A stretch of 64,000 nucleotides of DNA, from the NCBI GenBank assembly GCA_963677695.2, contig CAXXUJ010000002.1:484777-548776 (forward strand), in the 5' to 3' direction. The translations under genes were made by a program, and so were the position numbers. This document shows positions 1-7,757 of the stretch, piece by piece (the first letter of the stretch is position 1; each line of letters begins with the position of its first letter). The notes below the pieces were generated by a model. That model was not told the origin of the DNA and searched no databases. It was given only the letters and a program-made list of their open reading frames with translations. The stretch comes from Sphaerochaetaceae bacterium. Lineage in GTDB: Bacteria; Spirochaetota; Spirochaetia; Sphaerochaetales; Sphaerochaetaceae.

Positions 1-1
1 T

Positions 2-457
2 GACATGTATGAGAATTTCACAACGAGCAGGCAGATCATCTTCATAGTGTTCATCACTATCCTCATTGCCGCGGTATTTTATATTACCGCTGTCACACAC
101 GAACTCATTGAGGACGCGAAAGAAGAAATTGCCATGCAGAAAGTGCTCGGTGCGCGTTCGGTGAGTATCATGAGTGCGTATGTGTTGGCAATAACTATCG
201 TCACTCTATGTGCAATAGCAGCGGGTACTGCTTTAGGGATCGCTTTATCACAGAACTTGTCTCCCTTCATGACGTTCCTGAAATCGTACGATCTTTCTGC
301 TCTGAGGTACTACCTTCTTGATTTCGATATCGCTATACCATACGCAAAAATTGTTTCTCTGGTTTCAATTCTACTCGTTATGAGTATCATCTCTGTTTTA
401 CTCAGTCTCCGCCACATCATCCATATACGTGCGCTTGATGTGTTGCAACAAGACTGA
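2..457 (+). CDS. ABC-transporter permease, FtsX/LolC/E-like, C-terminal part (5' end lies outside the window)
   Basis: The reading frame is open to the window edge. The visible 150 aa contain three predicted TM helices and an FtsX-domain-like segment (QKVLGARSVSIMSAYVLAITIV...). Confidence 0.7.
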   Translation, partial: DMYENFTTSRQIIFIVFITILIAAVFYITAVTHELIEDAKEEIAMQKVLGARSVSIMSAYVLAITIVTLCAIAAGTALGIALSQNLSPFMTFLKSYDLSALRYYLLDFDIAIPYAKIVSLVSILLVMSIISVLLSLRHIIHIRALDVLQQD

Positions 458-481
458 ATACAGGGTAGTCTGTCTTTCGTT

Positions 482-1405
482 ATGAATCTTGAAGTGTTTG
501 TTCTAGGTACAAGCGGTATGATGCCGCTCCCAGGAAGGTTCCTTACCTCAGCCTTGGTCAGGAGAGAGGGAGAACTGTTTCTCTTTGATTGCGGTGAAGG
601 AACTCAGATATCTCTGAAGATGCTGAATCTCAAGTGGAAGAAAATCTCATCCATTTTCATTTCACACATGCACGCGGACCACGTGACCGGTCTTCCAGGG
701 ATGCTGATGCTCTCATCGCAGGTTGATCGTAGTGAACCTCTGACAATCTACGGACCGAAAAAGCTGCATGAGTATATACACGCGACACGTAAGATGCTCG
801 ATATGTATATCAACTATGAGATTATAGTAAAACCGGTGGAAGAAGGTATCGTTGTCGATACTCCCGAGTATACGATAGAGGCATTCAATCTCGACCACAC
901 GAAACCGTGCGTGGGCTATTCACTGACAGAGAAAGACCGCCCTGGAATATTCCATCCCGAAAAAGCTGAAGCTCTCGGAGTTCCCAAAGGACCTGCATGG
1001 TCTTCCCTCCAGAAGGGGAAGCCGGTGGAAGCTGCTGACGGATCTGTTGTTACCAGTGACATGGTGATGGGTCCGCCAAGGGAAGGACGTAAGTTCTCCT
1101 ATGTGACCGACACCCTTTATCTTCCTTCCATTGCGTCTCATGTCGAGAATTCAGATCTTCTCCTTTGTGAAGGGATGTTTGATGATTCCCTCCTTGAGAG
1201 TGCACGGGAGAAAAAACACATGAGTGCTTCTCAGGCTGCTACTATCGCCCGTGACGGGAAAGTACATTCTCTTGGTCTCTTTCATTTCTCTCCCCGTTAT
1301 ACAAACAGGGAATTGAATCAGCTGAAAAAGGAAGCGAGAGAGATCTTTCCCGATACATTCCTTGCTCGAGACCGTCAGGTGATTGAAATAGGATTAAAAG
1401 ACTGA
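482..1405 (+). CDS. rnz: ribonuclease Z (tRNA 3' endonuclease, metallo-beta-lactamase fold)
   Basis: 307 aa. Carries the HxHxDH motif (SHMHADHVTGLPG). N-terminus MNLEVFVLGTSGMMP and the C-terminal HFSPRY motif are typical of short-form RNase Z. Confidence 0.9.
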   Translation: MNLEVFVLGTSGMMPLPGRFLTSALVRREGELFLFDCGEGTQISLKMLNLKWKKISSIFISHMHADHVTGLPGMLMLSSQVDRSEPLTIYGPKKLHEYIHATRKMLDMYINYEIIVKPVEEGIVVDTPEYTIEAFNLDHTKPCVGYSLTEKDRPGIFHPEKAEALGVPKGPAWSSLQKGKPVEAADGSVVTSDMVMGPPREGRKFSYVTDTLYLPSIASHVENSDLLLCEGMFDDSLLESAREKKHMSASQAATIARDGKVHSLGLFHFSPRYTNRELNQLKKEAREIFPDTFLARDRQVIEIGLKD

Positions 1406-2530
1406 TCAGGCTTCTTCAATGACCGGGTCGTACCCGATGATCGAGTATCCGCCATGCTCGATGGCGATGTTGAGGGATGTTTCCATCTCTTCAGAAAGTG
1501 AGTTCTCGTTACCGTTCCTCTCCGATAGCGTTGCATAGCCGCAGGAAAGGACTGCATCCGGATAGAGTTTTCTTATACGTGCGAACAGTGACGTGAGAGA
1601 ACGTCCGGCCGCATCAAAAGAGTAGAAGGGGAGAATCAGGTAGAACCTGTTTCCTTCCCGGTACTGAATGGAAGAGATTGAGATCATGGATGAGAGGGTA
1701 TCACAAAGCTCCTTGGTTCCGTCAGTAGCTATTACTGCGATACTGAGGTCATAATCAAGAGTTTTAGCACCGATAATCTCATCGGAGAGTCGTTCAGGGT
1801 AGGTGTCCTCAGTAGTTTCGTAGAGTGAAGGATTCTCAAGTTCACTTGACGTGTTACTTGCGGCAATCGGTTCAAGCAGTTCTGCGATGGCCGTCCCTTC
1901 CTCGATCGGGAATGGGTAGGCAGAGAAGAGAATCTGACGGTCGATCTGAGAGGTCGGCAGGACAGACGCTGCAGCAACTTCTTCTTCCTCCTGTTCAATG
2001 ATCTCTTCCGTTTCCTCTTCGATTCCCGCATCAAAGACTTCTTCTTCCACCAACGGCTGTTCATCATTGGAGAGAATCTGCTGGGTATCGAGGATGACTG
2101 GCGGTGTGACCACCTTTTCCAGGTCTGAGGGGAGTGCGGTTTCTACCCGGGAGAGGTGTTCTTCTACAACTTTTTTCTGTACGGTGGAAGGTTCTACGGT
2201 TTCGAGCTCAGGATACAGATCACGGTGTGCATCTTCATCAGGCATGACATACAGAGGGGCCGTAAGCTCATCAATAGGAATATCATCTGAAATATCAGCA
2301 GACTTGCTAACCTTAGGGGGAGCGATGATCAGTGCGACAATGGTGAGCAGAAGCCCTGTGATTATAGGCAGAAGCCTTACGAGTATGAATCTGATTTCTT
2401 CAGCACTGATACGGTACAGAGGCATGAGACTGTTGATGAAAAAATAGGTTCCAACGGCAAGGACAAGGCTGCTCAAGACGAATGTTGTAAAAACTATCCT
2501 GTTGTTTCGTTTTTTACTTTCCATGTTCAT
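1406..2530 (-). CDS. hypothetical membrane protein: two N-terminal TM helices, a roughly 190-aa acidic linker and a small C-terminal globular domain
   Basis: 374-aa ORF that fills the gap between rnz and the next gene. TM segments are IVFTTFVLSSLVLAVGTYFFI and LLPIITGLLLTIVALIIAPP. The linker is E/D-rich (EEETEEIIEQEEEEV). I recognise no strong family motif. Confidence 0.6.
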   Translation of the reverse strand: MNMESKKRNNRIVFTTFVLSSLVLAVGTYFFINSLMPLYRISAEEIRFILVRLLPIITGLLLTIVALIIAPPKVSKSADISDDIPIDELTAPLYVMPDEDAHRDLYPELETVEPSTVQKKVVEEHLSRVETALPSDLEKVVTPPVILDTQQILSNDEQPLVEEEVFDAGIEEETEEIIEQEEEEVAAASVLPTSQIDRQILFSAYPFPIEEGTAIAELLEPIAASNTSSELENPSLYETTEDTYPERLSDEIIGAKTLDYDLSIAVIATDGTKELCDTLSSMISISSIQYREGNRFYLILPFYSFDAAGRSLTSLFARIRKLYPDAVLSCGYATLSERNGNENSLSEEMETSLNIAIEHGGYSIIGYDPVIEEA

Positions 2531-2730
2531 ACCAAGTGTACAGATTCCTCATATAAAAAAAAAGAAACTTTCACGTCCATTTTATACAGAAAGCCCTCTC
2601 TTTTTCGTCAGTATAGCGTCTTCACTCTCTTATTACAAGGAAATAGAGAAAGAATGGCGTAACTATGCACGTTGTCGATACTTTTTCAAACAACTGTTTG
2701 ATGATATGCTGTCAGTCACCGGTATCTTTT

Positions 2731-3189
2731 ATGAAATATATTTCGTTATCAAAGGCACTATATTGTATCAGCAGCATGCTGATCTTCTATACTCTTCTTC
2801 AACTGGGATTCTCTTCGGCCGGTGCATTCACCTCTTCAGCACAGGAGGAAAAAGTACGGAAAGAAGAGTATGAGATCGCAGCGTTACAGGATAAGGTCGA
2901 TACACTCTATCAGAAAAGCATGAGTACACAACATGAATCTTTTCTCACCTCGGTAATGAACTCCATCGGCTATACCAGAAAAGGCGAACAGATATATATT
3001 TTTCCAAAAGATACCACAGCAGATATTCCCGAAAGGAAAGACGAAGTGATTATTTCTGCTGAGAGAACACCTGCTTCATTTCTTCTCCTGCTCGGCAGGC
3101 CGATAGTTTCATTCATCCTCTCCGGTTCATTAACTGCCGGATTGTGTATGATCGGCTATATCATATCTAAAAAGAGAGTACGCACATGA
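2731..3189 (+). CDS. hypothetical protein with an N-terminal signal/anchor and a C-terminal TM helix
   Basis: The ORF is open from 2665. I prefer the Met at 2731, which gives a signal-like N-terminus (MKYISLSKALYCISSMLIFYTLLQLGFSSAGA). The stop overlaps the tsaC start in an ATGA (3186-3189), suggesting translational coupling. The start is uncertain because no clear SD is present. Confidence 0.5.
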   Translation: MKYISLSKALYCISSMLIFYTLLQLGFSSAGAFTSSAQEEKVRKEEYEIAALQDKVDTLYQKSMSTQHESFLTSVMNSIGYTRKGEQIYIFPKDTTADIPERKDEVIISAERTPASFLLLLGRPIVSFILSGSLTAGLCMIGYIISKKRVRT

Positions 3190-3761
3190 ATGAATGTCCA
3201 ATTATTCCGATTGAGGAGAGGGATAAAGCTCTTTCCTCGCTTATTCAAATTCTTACAAAAGACAGAGTTGCTGTCATGCCCTGTGATACGATCTACGGGT
3301 TAGTAGGGCGTGTTCCGGGGAGTGAAGAGGCTCTCAGGGCTTTGAAGGGACGGGATGCGGACAAACCGTTCATTGAACTGATAACCATGGAGATGGTCGA
3401 TTCCATCAGTGAAACAGCAATACCTGAAGAGTGGAAATTCTTATGGCCTGGTCCCCTCACTCTGATCGTCAAAAGAAAGAACGGTTCCGGAACAGTAGCT
3501 CTCCGTGTTCCTTCTGATCCCTTTCTCATTGAGCTCATAGAGCGCCTGGGAACCCCATTGTACAGCAGCAGTGTGAATATATCAGGAGAGAAGAGTCTTC
3601 ATGATTTCGATGAAATAGTTGATGCATTCTCTTGTAAAATTGATCTCTGTATCCGCGGATCAGAGGAACAGGGAACAGTGGCCAGCACCATAGTTGATCT
3701 GAGTAAAGAAACTCCCTGCCTCATACGACAGGGAGCGCTTGATGTATCTGATCTGATATAG
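3186..3761 (+). CDS. tsaC: L-threonylcarbamoyladenylate synthase, TsaC/YrdC type (t6A biosynthesis)
   Basis: 191 aa. YrdC-domain motifs are present: PCDTIYGLVG, KGRDADKPFIELI, LRVPSDPF, SSSVNISGE. There is no Sua5 C-terminal domain. Confidence 0.85.
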   Translation: MNECPIIPIEERDKALSSLIQILTKDRVAVMPCDTIYGLVGRVPGSEEALRALKGRDADKPFIELITMEMVDSISETAIPEEWKFLWPGPLTLIVKRKNGSGTVALRVPSDPFLIELIERLGTPLYSSSVNISGEKSLHDFDEIVDAFSCKIDLCIRGSEEQGTVASTIVDLSKETPCLIRQGALDVSDLI

Positions 3762-3769
3762 ATCAGGTT

Positions 3770-5089
3770 TTATAGAGTGATCTTTCTCGCTTCCATGTAA
3801 TAGCGCTTCTCATCAGCCTCTCCCATCGAAAAGGTCTTTCTCGGGAGCGCCCCGTCCGATACGATCGTATCGAAGAAGGTGCTTTTCTGAATGGAAGGAA
3901 GGAACAGCCCTATGTTCCCTGCTTTTTTCCCCAGTTCTTCGGTCACTTTCTCTCCATGGATATAGTCGACTGCATTTTCTCCAGCCTGGTTCGTGAGGTC
4001 ATCGATGAGCAGCTGAAGAGTGCCTGCGGCTATGGAGGCATGGGCACCTGTAAGCTTGAACAGAACAATTCCGTGCACATCATTATAGCCGAAAATCTGA
4101 TCTTCACTGTTCGATTCCAGTTCATGCATGAGAGAAGAGACATCACTATAGGAGACTTCTTCAAATGAATCACAGTATTGTGAGAGTAAAGATTCGAACT
4201 TCTCCTTTGTGACATTGAAAAGGACCCGGTGGATCGGTTCAAAGGTAAGTCCCTCATCGAAGATGTTTTCCAGTTCTACAAGGGCATAGCGGGCAGGGTG
4301 TTCTTCTTTCTCACTCTCTGTGAGTCCTGTTTTGATATCTTCCCAGCACGATTTTGCGGTGGCAAGAGAATGGTTTCCGTCTCCCATAGCATAGATCAGG
4401 GGATTGGCCGGATCAACATGGGTACATAGATCTTCAAGAGCGCTTCCGATCTGATCAAGATCCTTCTCTTCGCTGATAGCATATGCAGTGATGTGACCGC
4501 CGCCGAGCATCAGGTCAGTGTCGTATACTTTCACAAGAGAGTCGGTCTTCTCAGTGAAAGGTTCTATGATACTCCGTTTCTCATCACTGAGAAGGACAAG
4601 GATATGGGGAAGTTCAAGGGGAGCGTCCTTCCTGATCAGCTTTCTTGGTGGAATGCGTGATTCGATCGTCCCTTCAGTAGCCCGAACCCAGGTTTTCGAG
4701 TCTTTTGCATAACTGTAGTGTTCGAGATCGAGTGCGGCGATCAGTCCCCAGCGCATGGTGCCGGCAGCAGTGGATCGGTGAACGAGGAAGAAAGTCTCCG
4801 GATAGGTAGTAAATACCTCATCTTGAAGGTATTTCTTCATTGTTTCATTGATTGATGTGATTCTCTTTTCCGGATGTTCTTCCTCAAGAAACACTTCAGG
4901 GTAGATAAGATTGAGAGTGGAGGGACCCTTTCCAGCAATCTCTGCTGCTTTTTCCCAGTATTCCGGCTGTGATGTATACTGGTCACAGGCAACAACAGCC
5001 CACTTCTCAAGATTCACACTTGAATTGGGAATGAGCATATCGGGGGGACAGATCCCGAACTTTTTAAGTCTTTCGGTTGAGTGTTTCAA
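3770..5089 (-). CDS. DUF1015 family protein
   Basis: 439 aa. The N-terminal region (LIPNSSVNLEKWAVVACDQYTSQPEYW) and overall length resemble the conserved DUF1015 family. Assigned from memory of the family, not from a search. Confidence 0.7.
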   Translation of the reverse strand: MKHSTERLKKFGICPPDMLIPNSSVNLEKWAVVACDQYTSQPEYWEKAAEIAGKGPSTLNLIYPEVFLEEEHPEKRITSINETMKKYLQDEVFTTYPETFFLVHRSTAAGTMRWGLIAALDLEHYSYAKDSKTWVRATEGTIESRIPPRKLIRKDAPLELPHILVLLSDEKRSIIEPFTEKTDSLVKVYDTDLMLGGGHITAYAISEEKDLDQIGSALEDLCTHVDPANPLIYAMGDGNHSLATAKSCWEDIKTGLTESEKEEHPARYALVELENIFDEGLTFEPIHRVLFNVTKEKFESLLSQYCDSFEEVSYSDVSSLMHELESNSEDQIFGYNDVHGIVLFKLTGAHASIAAGTLQLLIDDLTNQAGENAVDYIHGEKVTEELGKKAGNIGLFLPSIQKSTFFDTIVSDGALPRKTFSMGEADEKRYYMEARKITL

Positions 5090-5213
5090 GATAATACCTT
5101 CCTTGCAGTATGAATTTCACCATACGGACTGATGATGTGAACATTCATTGAAATAGAATTATATTCACAGAGATCATGTTATAGCAACGCTGACATATGA
5201 TATACTAATCACC

Positions 5214-5561
5214 ATGATACGGACAAGACGATTATACGCGTACAGTGAAAAACTCTACTCCTACTATCTTTTGATCGTGCTGTTTTTTGCTGCACTGTTT
5301 TCGTTGAATCTCTTTATGCAGACTACAGGACAGTTTATCCTGTTCAGTTCAACTGTTCTGAGAATTCTCTCCTCTGCCGGTCTGGTCTATGGAGCCTTCC
5401 TCATGGGCCTTCTCATCTTCATCCTTGTAAAGGATCATATGTTCCTCGGCTCAAAGATGCTCCGTACACTCTTGCACATGTTTCTCTGTTCCATTATTCT
5501 CATTCTCGTCCAGATATTGTACACACTATCTGCCGACGGAATCAGATTTCATCTCACATGA
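5214..5561 (+). CDS. small hypothetical membrane protein (about 3 TM helices)
   Basis: 115-aa hydrophobic ORF on the same strand as aroH and immediately upstream of it. No SD is visible. An extended -10-like TGATATACT lies about 10 nt upstream of the ATG. Confidence 0.45.
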   Translation: MIRTRRLYAYSEKLYSYYLLIVLFFAALFSLNLFMQTTGQFILFSSTVLRILSSAGLVYGAFLMGLLIFILVKDHMFLGSKMLRTLLHMFLCSIILILVQILYTLSADGIRFHLT

Positions 5562-5581
5562 AGGAAGGAGAACGGGTATTC

Positions 5582-5950
5582 ATGGAAAGACTATATGCAC
5601 TTCGGGGAGCAACACAACTCGATATAGATACACCTCAGGAGATGCAGGATAAGGTCCTTGCACTGATGAAGGCCCTGTTTGAAAAGAATAGCATCGTGTC
5701 CGAAAAAGTCGTTTCTATTCAGTTCAGCGTGACACACGATCTTCAGAGCATGAATCCTGCAACAGCCTTCAGGAAAACAACCGGAGAAGGGAGTATCCCC
5801 CTGTTCTGCAGTCAGGAGCCTGTTGTCGTAGATATGCCTGAAAGAACCGTTCGGGTGATGATTCAGCTCTACAGAGATGAGAACCTTGGTGCCCTGCAGC
5901 CAGTCTATCATGGTGAGACGAAAATTCTGAGACCTGATATCACCAGCTGA
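5582..5950 (+). CDS. aroH: chorismate mutase, AroH class
   Basis: About 122 aa from the Met at 5582, which is preceded by AAGGAAGGAGAA. MERLYALRGATQ matches the AroH N-terminal RGIRGATT signature. RVMIQL and ILRPD near the C-terminus parallel B. subtilis AroH. Confidence 0.85.
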   Translation: MERLYALRGATQLDIDTPQEMQDKVLALMKALFEKNSIVSEKVVSIQFSVTHDLQSMNPATAFRKTTGEGSIPLFCSQEPVVVDMPERTVRVMIQLYRDENLGALQPVYHGETKILRPDITS

Positions 5951-6045
5951 TTCAGGAAATATGAGAAATATTCTAATTGTTCCCATTGTATTGACTTCTT
6001 GTGATACTGTTGTACCATACTAGAAAACACGGTCAGGAGATCACC

Positions 6046-6957
6046 ATGAAAAAAATGATTGCTTTGATGATTATTGTCCTTATCACGACATTCTCCCTTT
6101 CAGCGTCCTTTGCCGATACTCTGGCAGACATAGATTCACTCGATTACCATGATAAACTTAATGAAGAAAAGGCAGCAATCGAAGCTGCGCTTCAGAAAAC
6201 CAGTGATCCTGTCGAACAGAGTGAACTCTACTGGAGACTCTCCATGGTAACACTCCATATAGCTGACGAACTTGAAGAGAACGGAGCAGGTGAAGATACC
6301 CTCTTTGCCATGTTCGAAGAGGGGGAAGCATATGCAGACAAATCCATAGCCCTCCATGAAAATCCTGATGCATATGTGTGGAAGGCAAGCAATATAGGCC
6401 GGTGGGGAGAGACCAAAGGTCCTCTCAATGCACTGGGAAAGGCAAATCCTATCAAGGAGACAATTACCTATGTAGTGAATGATCTCGGTGTGCAGGATCA
6501 GACTATCGGATGGTACGTTATCGGGCAGCTCTATTTCAAACTTCCAGGCTGGCCCCTCAGCTACGGGGATCTCGATACCGCTATCAGTATGGCCAGGAAG
6601 GCCATAGATACCATTCCTGAAGATAAACTCTACCATGGCCATTACAAGGCGCTTGCTGAGATGCTCTACAAACGTGACTGGAGCGCTTCAAAGAGAAACA
6701 GCAAAATAAAGAAGATGGAAAAGGATTGGAAAGAAGAATCAGATACCTTTGAGAAACATTTCTATTATGAAGGAGCGTTCGGTCCTGACTATGTTCCTGC
6801 CTATTCTTCTGTAGCCCTGAATAAGATGAGTGATCGGCAGGAAGCAGCAATGGTCCTTATGTATGCTCAGCAGAAATATGATGTGTGGCCGGTCCATTCA
6901 AGAGCCGATCAGCGAAACATAGTAAAGATTGAAAATTTGTTGAAAGATTATAAATAG
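6046..6957 (+). CDS. hypothetical secreted protein (helical-repeat-like)
   Basis: The Met at 6046 is preceded by CAGGAGA. It has a clear signal peptide, MKKMIALMIIVLITTFSLSASFA. No family motif recognised. Confidence 0.6.
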   Translation: MKKMIALMIIVLITTFSLSASFADTLADIDSLDYHDKLNEEKAAIEAALQKTSDPVEQSELYWRLSMVTLHIADELEENGAGEDTLFAMFEEGEAYADKSIALHENPDAYVWKASNIGRWGETKGPLNALGKANPIKETITYVVNDLGVQDQTIGWYVIGQLYFKLPGWPLSYGDLDTAISMARKAIDTIPEDKLYHGHYKALAEMLYKRDWSASKRNSKIKKMEKDWKEESDTFEKHFYYEGAFGPDYVPAYSSVALNKMSDRQEAAMVLMYAQQKYDVWPVHSRADQRNIVKIENLLKDYK

Positions 6958-6961
6958 AAGG

Positions 6962-6991
6962 TTGACAGAGTAGGGACCTTTTTCGTATAGT
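6962..6991 (+). promoter_or_regulatory. sigma70-type promoter for the tRNA-Thr/tRNA-Tyr pair
   Basis: TTGACA (6962-6967), an 18-nt spacer, then TATAGT (6986-6991). The -10 ends 12 nt before the mature tRNA 5' end. Confidence 0.6.
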
Positions 6992-7003
6992 TGCCTTCGT
7001 TAC

Positions 7004-7077
7004 GCCACCTTAGCTCAGCTGGCCAGAGCACGTGACTTGTAATCTCGGGGTCGTCAGTTCGAATCTGACAGGTGGCT
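7004..7077 (+). tRNA. tRNA-Thr (anticodon UGU)
   Basis: Cloverleaf folded by hand. Acceptor GCCACCT/AGGTGGC, D arm GCTC...GAGC, anticodon loop CTTGTAA, T arm GTCAG-TTCGAAT-CTGAC. 74 nt, with no encoded CCA. Confidence 0.95.
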
Positions 7078-7124
7078 ATTGACTAAGAAAGAACTTTCTA
7101 TTAGGCTCTTTCATAGTTTGTAAC

Positions 7125-7206
7125 GGGGAGGTTCCCGAGCGGCCAAAGGGGGCAGACTGTAAATCTGTTGGTTATTCCTTCGAAGGTTCGAATCCTTCTC
7201 TCCCCA
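7125..7206 (+). tRNA. tRNA-Tyr (anticodon GUA), type II with a long variable arm
   Basis: Acceptor GGGGAGG/TCTCCCC (one G-U pair), anticodon loop CTGTAAA, T arm GAAGG-TTCGAAT-CCTTC, long variable arm. Confidence 0.92.
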
Positions 7207-7210
7207 TTAG

Positions 7211-7240
7211 ACGGGTCCTCATTTAGAGGACCCGTTCTCA
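7211..7240 (+). terminator. hairpin terminator after the tRNA pair
   Basis: A perfect 10-bp stem ACGGGTCCTC/GAGGACCCGT (7211-7220 / 7226-7235) with a 5-nt loop. The following T-tract (TCTCATATG) is weak. Confidence 0.5.
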
Positions 7241-7258
7241 TATGTAAAGGACTGAGTA

Positions 7259-7723
7259 GTGGATTGTTTTTACGAAAAAGGTCTCTCATTCTCGTGTATT
7301 CCCGGTTGCCGATACTGTTGCTCAGTAGAACCGGGATTTGTTTTTCTTTCCCTCCAGGATCTCATAAGAATCGCTGCGGCTACCGAGACAGGAATCGAGG
7401 AGTGCATCGACCGTTACTGCATCTATGTGCCTATGGGGGATGTTACCCATATCTCCCTCAAAGAGACTCCTGAGAATGACTGTATCTTTCTCACTGAGAA
7501 AGGGTGCGGGGTCTATGAGAACCGTCCGGTCCAATGTTCCACCTATCCATTCTGGGCTCACATTGTCGATTCTGAAAAGAACTGGGAAGAGGAGAAGGCC
7601 TGGTGTCCCGGAATAGGGAAGGGTGAGCTGCACAGTGCTGAGGAGATTAATGACAACCTACAGCAGAGGGTGATCAATCAGCCGGTGACAAAAAAAGAAA
7701 TAGAAAAAATTCTACAAACATGA
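7259..7723 (+). CDS. YkgJ-family cysteine-cluster protein (UPF0153, putative Fe-S/zinc-binding)
   Basis: 154 aa with a GTG start. N-terminal cluster CIPGCRYCC and C-terminal cluster CxxxxxxRPxxCxxYPF (GCGVYENRPVQCSTYPFW) are typical of the CxxCxxCC family. Confidence 0.75.
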   Translation: MDCFYEKGLSFSCIPGCRYCCSVEPGFVFLSLQDLIRIAAATETGIEECIDRYCIYVPMGDVTHISLKETPENDCIFLTEKGCGVYENRPVQCSTYPFWAHIVDSEKNWEEEKAWCPGIGKGELHSAEEINDNLQQRVINQPVTKKEIEKILQT

Positions 7724-7757
7724 TGCAGAAAAAGGATAGAGTGAATTTATAGAGTAT

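Noticed and set aside
1732-2447. Alternative-frame ORFs (111 aa minus strand, 149 aa plus strand) within the 1406-2530 gene.
   Set aside because: They arise from the GAA/GAG-rich acidic-linker coding region. The K/R-rich and S-rich translations are frame-shift mirror images of the acidic tract.
2502-2873. A 123-aa plus-strand ORF spanning the 2531-2730 spacer.
   Set aside because: It starts inside the 5' end of the opposite-strand gene and is out of frame with the better-supported 2665/2731-3189 ORF, which is translationally coupled to tsaC. Its translation is low-complexity.
7101-7473. ORFs of 62 aa (minus strand) and 101 aa (plus strand) around 7100-7470.
   Set aside because: They overlap tRNA-Tyr and its terminator, and the frame of the YkgJ-family gene. 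No coding support.
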